Origin: a candidate division FCPU426 bacterium
Lineage (GTDB): Bacteria > Oederibacteriota > Muellerivitia > Muellerivitales > Muellerivitaceae
Reading direction: 5' to 3'
NCBI GenBank assembly: GCA_963771075.1
Contig: CAVYSE010000020.1
Coordinates: forward strand, 11,385-75,384
Length of the DNA: 64,000 nt
The notes under the pieces are model-generated. The model was not told where the DNA came from. It saw only the letters and a program-made list of their open reading frames with translations, and did no database searches. The position numbers and the translations under genes are program-made. Positions 22,066 to 30,300 of this stretch are shown here, one piece after another; the stretch's first letter is position 1, and each line of letters begins with the position of its first letter.

Positions 22066-22345
22066 GGTGGAAAAAGGTTACCAGGAACATATCCAAATCC
22101 TTTACGCCTTGGGTGTCATGGATCGTCGCGGCTGAAAATTAAAATCAATCGGTGAATTAATTTGAAATTTACATTCCCGCCTCTACAAGATTGATAGTAT
22201 CATTCATGAAGTTCGACGCCCCCTTTTTGAAATTGAGGGGAATGTAAATAAAAAATTAGGGGAGCCGCGATGAAGCATCAAGGGTGGACTTTATTTCTCG
22301 TGTTGGTATTAGGCCAAGCCTTGGTCCTGTCCCACCTGGCCTGCG
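22066..22345 (+). repeat. Copy B of the duplicated leader plus signal-peptide segment
   Basis: See copy A. It contains a plausible extended -10 promoter element, TTGATAGTAT. Confidence 0.8.
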
Positions 22346-23907
22346 GGGGCGGAAACAACAACCCGACGACTCCTGGCGGCAATAATAACGGGTCCAACCC
22401 AACCTCAACCTTTACCACGACCGCCCAAGCGACCAACACCCAGACTTCCAGCCCTACCTTCACGAAAACCCTTGTCAATTCGCCCAGCCCCACCTTGACC
22501 CTCACGAACACCCCGACCAACTCGCCCACGGGCACTCCCACTGTTACCTCCACCCCGACCTTGACGGGAACCATCACGAACACGCCAGTCTTCACCGCTA
22601 CCGGCACCATCACCGGCACGCCGACCTCCAGCTCGACTGAAACGGCCACCGATGTTCCTAGCGGCACCCCCACAACCACGTCCACTACCACGTCCACCCC
22701 CATCATGACCGGAACCCTCACCTTTACCGCGACCGCTGACCCTTCCGATACGCCTACCGCCAGTGGGACCCCAACCGCGACCTTAACCCAAACGGATACA
22801 CCCACGGACTTGCCCACAAGCACGCCGACCGACCTGCCCTCCGCCACGCCCACCCAAACCTCGACCTCGACGGTGGGAATTGGTTCCGCTTGCTCGTACG
22901 ACAGTGACTGCGCCACCGGGGATTATTGCTCGGGCGTGACCTGCGCGGCGAAATTGAACCAAGGCAATGTTTGCTCGGCGGCCGATCAATGTATAACCGG
23001 TAATTGTGTGGATGGTTATTGTTGTAATACCGCTTGCGGAAGTGGTGTTTGTTCGGCGGTCCTAAAGGGCGGAGGATCGAATGGGGTTTGTGGTTGTATA
23101 GCGATTGGCCTTCCATACCCCTTGAGTCCCAATCAATGCTGTACCAGTTACGGGGCAGGCGGGGTTTGCCAAAACGCGCCAACACTCACGCCCACCGTTA
23201 CCCCGACCTCCACGCCGTCCGCGACCCCCACCTCCACACCCACCGCCAGCCCCACCGTTACCTTAACCGGCACTTTCACTCCCACGCCTGGGTCGAACGG
23301 TGTGACCTGGACTTTCTCGGATTGCGGGTCGGGCAGTTCCGGCCCCACGGACGGATGGATTCAGGCCTCCCCGACATCCCCTTCAACTTTGGTTTCCATT
23401 CAAACCATCACGGGTTTGGGTAGTGGGCTTGTTGGTTCAAGCACTTGCGGATTGGCTTTCTATCTCCCCGGAGGCGCCATGTCGAATGGTATGTGTAGCT
23501 GGCAGTCAACGGGGACGGACATCGAGACAGTTTCGGCCTACGCTAACTTATCTGTACCCATCAACTGGACCCAAAACGGGTTAACCACGATATCCCTTCA
23601 ATTTACCTATAATGGTTATGGAGCCGGTATCCAACCGATCATCGTGGCGGGTTCCGGTCCGACGACTTACAGTGGAACCGTCGTTAATGACAACCAAAGT
23701 TCACCCAGTTGGTTGACGGCCATCTTTAGTCCATCCTTCAACGGTTCTGATGGAACCCAAGTTTTGGCGGCCGGTTTAGTTGTGAACGAAATGGCTCCAC
23801 CCCTCTCCATGCCCAATCCACATCCCCCCCCCGCTACTATTTGCGCGCCGTCCGGTGAAGAATTGGGCCCTGAAACCATATACGTTGATAACATTGAATT
23901 TTATTGA
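22270..23907 (+). CDS. Paralogous lipoprotein: identical signal peptide, Pro/Thr/Ser-rich region, Cys-rich module, C-terminal beta-rich domain
   Basis: The first ~25 codons and ~200 bp of upstream leader are near-identical to gene 19881..21974. Cys-rich GSACSYDSDCATGDYCSGVTCA...CCNTACGSGVC region. Confidence 0.8.
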   Translation: MKHQGWTLFLVLVLGQALVLSHLACGGGNNNPTTPGGNNNGSNPTSTFTTTAQATNTQTSSPTFTKTLVNSPSPTLTLTNTPTNSPTGTPTVTSTPTLTGTITNTPVFTATGTITGTPTSSSTETATDVPSGTPTTTSTTTSTPIMTGTLTFTATADPSDTPTASGTPTATLTQTDTPTDLPTSTPTDLPSATPTQTSTSTVGIGSACSYDSDCATGDYCSGVTCAAKLNQGNVCSAADQCITGNCVDGYCCNTACGSGVCSAVLKGGGSNGVCGCIAIGLPYPLSPNQCCTSYGAGGVCQNAPTLTPTVTPTSTPSATPTSTPTASPTVTLTGTFTPTPGSNGVTWTFSDCGSGSSGPTDGWIQASPTSPSTLVSIQTITGLGSGLVGSSTCGLAFYLPGGAMSNGMCSWQSTGTDIETVSAYANLSVPINWTQNGLTTISLQFTYNGYGAGIQPIIVAGSGPTTYSGTVVNDNQSSPSWLTAIFSPSFNGSDGTQVLAAGLVVNEMAPPLSMPNPHPPPATICAPSGEELGPETIYVDNIEFY

Positions 23908-24584
23908 TCAGCTTCACTAAAGCGCGATCCCTGAAAGGATTTGACCTATCAAGCGGTATCGTTCAATCCCCGGGTTCCCGTTAATTGTGTCGGCAATATT
24001 TTCACATGCCTGCGGTACCAGTGAAAAAAGGGGCAAAACCCCTTTTTCCATCCTGCTACCTCACCCTGAGGCGGCGTGACAAATAACCGGGCCGGAAAAA
24101 ATTTCAGGTTTTGAATTTCTGCTTTCTGCCAAATCACGCCTTCCCATGGCTTCTTTACCAAACACCGACCCACTAGGAGAAACATTTGTTGGCGGCCGAG
24201 ACCAATGAAAATTAAAATCAATCGTACGAAGCCCATCATCTGGGTGGTGTCCACCCAATTGGCCAAAGCCACCCTGTGGGACTCAGTTATCAAATTTAAG
24301 GGTTTTTTGAAGATTTTGGTAAATCAACTCTTTTGCCGTTTGATTTCTTCCCCATCGGAAAGTTCGCTTTCCCTCCTGTCCGGCTTCAGGCCGGTCCCAG
24401 GGCCTAAAGCGGCCAGATGAGGGACGGCATTCTCAGAAATACCCCTAATTCCCTTATTTGAATTCGTGGCTTGGTCACGAATTACCCTCCTTCGGGGCCT
24501 ACAGCGCCTAATCGTACGGCAGAACTCTTCGAAATCCCTTCATTTTGTGTGACCGTAATACGGGCTCGTAAGGCCATCGCTTCG

Positions 24585-24692
24585 AGGTATGGGAGGGGTA
24601 ATAGCCGAAGCGCCCGCCCAACCTTTTCCGAGGCAGACCCTTACCGGTCCGTAATGCGTCTTTGGGTCAGTATCGGGTTGGCGCTTTGCATT
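24585..24692. repeat. Diverged direct repeat copy 1 (~110 bp). Conserved core CGGTNNGTAATGCGTCTTTGGGTCAG[T/G]ATCGGGTTGGC.
   Basis: Aligned by eye to 25155..25258. The core 38-mer is near-identical. Flanks are similar but diverged. Confidence 0.6.
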
Positions 24693-24907
24693 GGAATATG
24701 CACAATCCGACTGCCCGAGTCCTCATAAAAGAAAATCCTCAAAAAACCCTTAAAAATGGCATTCGCCCGGCGAATGCGAAAAATAAGGGTTTTTCGCGTG
24801 GATGGTTTGGGTACTAATAGACCCTTTAAAATAAGGGATTTGCTTGTCCGAGGATCGGACAAGTGGAAATAAGGGAATTGGCCATCTCCTGGGAAAAGCC
24901 AGGGCTC

Positions 24908-24946
24908 GTTGCCAATTAACGTCAGGGCCTGACGTTAATTGGCAAC
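24908..24946. repeat. Perfect 39 bp palindrome: GTTGCCAATTAACGTCAGG-G-CCTGACGTTAATTGGCAAC (19 bp arms, 1 nt centre)
   Basis: Verified base by base. Candidate dimeric DNA-binding-protein site or RNA hairpin. Confidence 0.9.
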
Positions 24947-25154
24947 AAGAATCACCCCACATCTAAAACAAGGGAGTTCTAATTCGGAGTATCCGATTTA
25001 TAAAATAAGGGTTTTTTGAAAACCGAGGGAAGCCTTTTGGCATTGGCCGACCTTTGGGACTAAACCGGCCAAATGGGATAAAGCCAAATCAGAAATACTC
25101 AAATTTCCCTTATTTTTAGTGTTCGTAATACGAACAATCAAATCCCTAGCTTCA

Positions 25155-25258
25155 TGGTTGAGGAGGAGCAGAAGACGATGCGCCCGGGTTACCTTCTCCC
25201 GGTCAAACCCTAATCGGTTTGTAATGCGTCTTTGGGTCAGGATCGGGTTGGCCCGGAT
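25155..25258. repeat. Diverged direct repeat copy 2
   Basis: See copy 1. Confidence 0.6.
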
Positions 25259-26040
25259 CAGGGTTTCGATGGCCTGGTAGTTTGCGAACCAGCCCTTATC
25301 ACAAACGCCATGGTCAATCGGGGTTTATCAGGACTCCATCGTCAGGGGCTTGGTCGGATCGGGTTGAACTATCGCGGGGTAACAAAGGGCCCGGGCTGGA
25401 TCTTTTGTTCACGAAAATGAAAAAGCCCGAACAATTTTGCCCAGGCTTATTTCAACTAAACAATAAAACTAATTACTTCTTTTTCTTCTTGGCGGGTTTC
25501 TTCTTCGTGGCCACAGTGGACCTCCTTAAGTTTTAAAATCATATTGATATTAACATACTTTACCGAGAATTTTATATTTTTAATTTCAAAAAAAGAAATG
25601 TACTTCAACCGCATTTTATATTTTTTCGAAAGCAGTCGGAATGTGCGCAGAACTTGGAACAGGAATTCTTTAGAGCTTATATCCTCGGGGGCGTTAAATA
25701 GTCACGGAGTTTGCGATTAGCCACGACGGGCCATGTAGCTAAGCGCAAGCGCATGCTACAGGGCGGGGAACCACATTGGACATCTCCCAAAACGCTTTTG
25801 AACAATGTTTTCTAATAAAATCTTCCGCCCTGTAATACCTCTTCATAATTCATTGATAAAACCAGCCTAAATACCATTCTTTTGGATTTGTCAAAATCTC
25901 TTAGTGGTGTAATCATTGTTTTTACAGGCTTTTTTGTTGAATCCCTAACTGATTGAAAATAACGTAATTTTTTTGGAATAAACGGTTTCCCTCCGTCCTT
26001 TAATAGGTAGAGGAGGGGTTAGGTTAATGGAGGTATCCAT

Positions 26041-26619
26041 TTGGATGACCGGGCCTTGGTTCAAGGGCTCTTAAGTAAGGAGGGGTCTTCCGAGCGGTTC
26101 TTCTTCCATACCTACCGTCCCAAACTTTACCGCATCGCGACCTTCATCCTGGGATACAACGACCCCGAGGTGGAGGACGTGGTTCAGGAAACTTTCCTGG
26201 CCGCGCTCCAGGACCTCCCCAAATTCAAGTTCCACTGCGATTTTTTCCGCTGGTTGCGCCGCATCTGCGTTTACCGGTGTTACGAACGCATCCGCCGGAG
26301 GAAACGCCAGGCCGTCAGCGCCCACGAGGAGCTGGAAAATCTAACCCACCGGGCCGCAGTGGAAAAGGAAGATTCGAGGGCCAGGGAAGTGGAAGAACAC
26401 GATCTTTTGAAAGTTCTCCGGGAAGAGATCGCAGGTTTGGGGAAAAAGTGCCGGGAAATTCTCGAGCTGCGGGACCGGCGTGGAAAAAATTACGCGGAGT
26501 TATCCAAACTCCTGAAAGTTCCCATCGGCACCGTGATGTCCCGCCTGGCCCGGTGCAAGGAAACACTGAAGGAACGGGTGTTCAGGGCGGCCCGAAAAAG
26601 GGGGCTCCTCGATGGATAA
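26041..26619 (+). CDS. ECF-type RNA polymerase sigma-70 family factor
   Basis: TTG start 8 nt after GGAGG. Sigma-70 region 2 (..YRIATFILGYNDPEVEDVVQETFLAA..) and region 4 helix-turn-helix (..YAELSKLLKVPIGTVMSRLARCKETL..). It overlaps the downstream anti-sigma gene by 8 bp. Confidence 0.85.
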   Translation: MDDRALVQGLLSKEGSSERFFFHTYRPKLYRIATFILGYNDPEVEDVVQETFLAALQDLPKFKFHCDFFRWLRRICVYRCYERIRRRKRQAVSAHEELENLTHRAAVEKEDSRAREVEEHDLLKVLREEIAGLGKKCREILELRDRRGKNYAELSKLLKVPIGTVMSRLARCKETLKERVFRAARKRGLLDG

Positions 26620-27268
26620 ACTGATCGAGAAATTTTTCAAGTCCGAACTGACCGAGGCCGAGGAAAAGGCCCTGGCACGGAGCCTGGAAAAATCCGAGGA
26701 GGTCGCTGGGCAGTTCTCGGATAGGGCTGAGCGGGCCTATTTATCCTACGGCCTGCCCCAACCCCGAGTGCCGGGTCCCTGGACGCATTTCGTCCATTCG
26801 GCCTGGGGGAAGCTGATGCCCCTGGTTTTGGCGGTTGGCGGAATCACGGTCATATATCTAGGCACGAAGCCGGTGGTCGAACAGACACCCCCGGCGGTCA
26901 TCTCGGGCGGGGTGGAGGGGACTATGCATACACCGACGATACCGAAAGTGAAAGCACGGGTGGTCCGGCCCTCGTCCCCGGTGAAATGGCTGGGAGCGCC
27001 TCCAAGAGAGGAACTGGATACCGATTACCACCACTTGAGGGTGGTCGTGAACCAGGAGGGTGACGGAATCGTCACAGTCAGGGTTTTGGGGCCGGAGGGA
27101 AACGAGGTTCGGCGGCTTTATGACGGGCCGCTGGAAGAGGGTTGGTGGGCCTTCATTTGGGACGGCATATTAGAAAACGGTCATCCGGCCTCGCCGGGGG
27201 TTTACCGCATCGAGGTGGGAAGCGCATCCGGTATCAAAAGCCAGGAAGTTGCGGTTAATACGAAATAA
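26612..27268 (+). CDS. Anti-sigma factor: single transmembrane helix plus periplasmic FlgD-Ig / T9SS-tail-like beta-sandwich domain
   Basis: Translationally coupled to the sigma factor. Cytoplasmic N-terminal helix, transmembrane segment LMPLVLAVGGITVIYL. C-terminal ..VTVRVLGPEGNEVRRLYDG...WAFIWDGILENGHPASPGVYRIEV.. resembles FlgD-Ig-like domains. Confidence 0.7.
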   Translation: MDKLIEKFFKSELTEAEEKALARSLEKSEEVAGQFSDRAERAYLSYGLPQPRVPGPWTHFVHSAWGKLMPLVLAVGGITVIYLGTKPVVEQTPPAVISGGVEGTMHTPTIPKVKARVVRPSSPVKWLGAPPREELDTDYHHLRVVVNQEGDGIVTVRVLGPEGNEVRRLYDGPLEEGWWAFIWDGILENGHPASPGVYRIEVGSASGIKSQEVAVNTK

Positions 27269-27349
27269 AATGCTGTTGGATGGGGCCGGGAGGTGAACCC
27301 GGTCGGGGAGCCATCCTTTTATCGGTTCAAAAGATTGAGGGAGGCTGGT

Positions 27350-30300
27350 ATGAAGTTTAATCCAATGGGCGGGAATGGCTCCACTATAACCCCGGAGGAA
27401 TCATTTTTGGGTCGTAAATCCTAAGGATCCCTAGGCGTATTCTGGGCATTCCTTTTAGTCGCCGGAGGGTGGTTGTTGAGCCCGGGCGCCATCGCCCAAA
27501 CAAATACTCCGACCCTGACCGTGACGATGACTTCGACCCCGGCTCCCGTCACGGTGGAACTGACGCCGGATGTAGCGCTCTCTAACGCCACCCAAGCCCC
27601 GGGAGCGGCCAATGTCCCGGTCAGCGAGCCCTTTATTATCAACTTGTATGGACAGCAGCCCGTCACTTGGACCGCATTGACCGTGACCGCATCAGGGACG
27701 GGAAACACTGCCGGTATTACCAGTCTTCAGGTTTATCTGGACAACGATTACAGCGGCACCGTCGATGCGGGGGACACTCTCCTGGGTGCGGGCACTTTCA
27801 GCGGTTCGACCGCCACTATCCCCCTGAGCTACATTCTTTCCCCCGACGGTTTTGGTTCGTTCCTGGTTGTCGCCAATTTCTCCTCGAGCGCCGTTACTGG
27901 CACCTACGCTTTCAACATCACGGGAATGACTGGATCCTCCAATCTGCCCGTGGCCTTTACCGGTTTACCCTTCGCGGGAGTCACCATCACGATCCCCGGC
28001 CCCACGCCCACCGTGACCAATACCAGAACCATTTCCTCCACGCCGACCTCCACCCTTACTTCGACTATCACCTTGACAGCGACCGTCACCAACACCCCTT
28101 CTGGTACCTGGTATGCCACCCCCTGGACCAACACCCCCATCCCCCCAAATTCCTATACGCCAACCCCTATATTCACTTATACCCCCACGCCGGGATGGTT
28201 CAACGTGGCGTTAGGGCCCAATTCACCGACTTTTAACAATCCCTTATTGGTGGGTACCAGTAATCTCCCGGTGATCCAAGTTGTGTTGAGGAATGATAGC
28301 GGCTATTCCGCCACACTCACTGGATTGACCTTTACGGATACGGGCTCGGGCACTCCCTCTTCCGGTATTGACAGCTTCCAGCTTTATAACGACCTCAACG
28401 GAAACGGAATCGTGGACAATGGGGAACCCTTGTTGGGCGCCGCGAGTTTTACCGGTTCGACCGCCACCTTCAGTTTCACCCAGAACCTGGCGGCCGCCAC
28501 TGGAAGTGTGACCTTGCTGGCTGTCGCCGAATTCGCGTCAACGGGAAGTACGGGAACCTATACCTTCAGCGTCACGGGAGGCTCCGGATTCAACGGTTTG
28601 GGCGGCCCGGAGGGTTTCAGCAACCTTCCAGCCACCGGTGCGCCTATCACTATCACCTACCCCACGCCCACCCTGACTTCAACCAACAGCTACACACCCA
28701 CCGCTACCACCTCGGCCACCCCCAGCCCGACGAGCACCCCGACCAACTTGGGAGGCTTTACCTCCACGCCCACTCCCTGCGTCCCCGTTCTCCAATCCAG
28801 CTATACCTTCGACACGGGAACCGAGTGTTGGAGAACTTGGGGCGGGCCGGTAGGTTCTGTCCTACAGTGGGATTCAGTAGATGGCCATACCAATCCCGGT
28901 TCCTTGGAGGCCATCCTGCCCTATACGTCCGGCAGTGTCAGCCAGGCCCTGATTTTCCTGGACTTGTCCTCCGCGCCCCCGTGACCATTCCGGCGGGAAG
29001 CACCCTCAGTTTCTGGTATAAGGCCTCCACCTCGGTGGGAAACCTGCAAGTTTTCGATGCGAGCGTCACCCAGGGAAGCGGTGGACCCGTTTCCTACGTG
29101 TGGAACGATGGCAGCTGGCAATCCAGCCTGGCCACTTCCTGGACCCCGGTGACCTTTACCATGAACCCGGCGGGCCCCAACGCGGTGGAGGAGTTCGGGT
29201 TGCAAGTGCCGGCTGCGGCTGGCTCCATCACATCGCCGGTGACGGTTTGGGTCGACGATGTGACGATCAACCTGGCCGGATCGTTCACGGCCACACCGAC
29301 CGTTGGATCTACCTCGTCCAGTTGCTATCTTTTTGCGACCCAATGGGGAGGTTACGGCACTGGGGACGGTACATTTAGCGAAACCACGGGCGTGGCGGTG
29401 GCTCCTTCCGGAAACGTTTATGTGGTGGACGCCGAGAACTACCTCATCCAGGAATTCACATCGAGCGGGTCTTTCTTGACCCAATGGGGAGGATCGGGTA
29501 CCGGGTACGGGAAATTTGCCTTTCCCTGGGGGGTGGCGGTGGCCTCCTCTGGAAACGTTTATGTGACGGATATTGAAGACAACCTGATCCAGGAATTCAC
29601 CTCGAACGGGACCTTCTTGACCCAATGGGGAGGCTCGGGAAACGGGTATGGGTTCTTCACGGCTCCCTATGGCGTAGCCGTGGCCCCCTCGGGAAACGTA
29701 TATGTGGCGGATACCGAGAACAACCTCATCCAGGAATTCACCTCGAGCGGGTCTTTCTTGGCCCAATGGGGAGGCGCAGGATCCGGAAACGGATTTTTCG
29801 ACTATTCCTTGGGGGTGGCGGTGGCTCCCTCGGGAAACGTTTATGTGGCGGATTTCGGGAACAACCTCATCCAGGAGTTCACATCCGGCGGGTCCTTCGT
29901 GACCCAATGGGGAGGTAACGGCACAGGGAACGGGAAGTTTGCCTATCCCTATGGCGTGGCGGTGGCCCTCTCAGGAAACGTATATGTGGCGGATACCGAG
30001 AACAACATCATCCAGGAATTCACATCGAACGGGTCTTTCTTGACCCAATGGGGAGGCTTAGGAGCCGGAAACGGGTTATTCGACTATCCCTTGGGTGTGG
30101 CAGTGGCACCTTCGGGAAATGTATATGTGGCGGATTATGGGAACGATCTTGTCCAGGAGTTCACCTCCTGCCTTTCCCCCACGCCCACGAGCAGCCCGAC
30201 GGCCACCGTCTCTCCCACGCCTACCAGCACCAATCTAGGGGGCCTGACCTCCACCGTGACGAAGACCCCCACGACCACGGTCACCGCGACCATCACGTCC

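Noticed and set aside
24400-25300. CRISPR array or integron attC array in the motif-rich region
   Set aside because: Repeats are not regularly spaced. The palindromes are all different. No cas or intI gene is nearby.
23949-25536. Small ORFs in the 2.1 kb noncoding block (23949..24293 -, 24471..24728 +, 25282..25536 + and others)
   Set aside because: No ribosome-binding sites. Low-complexity or arbitrary translations that overlap repeats and palindromes. They are treated as noncoding.
25560-26040. tmRNA, tRNA or RNase P-like sequence upstream of the sigma gene (GGGGGCG..., GGGCGGGGAACC)
   Set aside because: No T-loop GGTTCGAATCC-type motif, no CCA-adjacent acceptor pattern and no tag-peptide reading frame were found.
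27421-27437. BamHI (GGATCC) and AvrII (CCTAGG) sites overlapping the in-frame TAA, suggesting a cloning junction
   Set aside because: Flanking sequence is continuous native coding sequence with no vector-like features. This is most likely coincidence, and it is recorded only as a curiosity.
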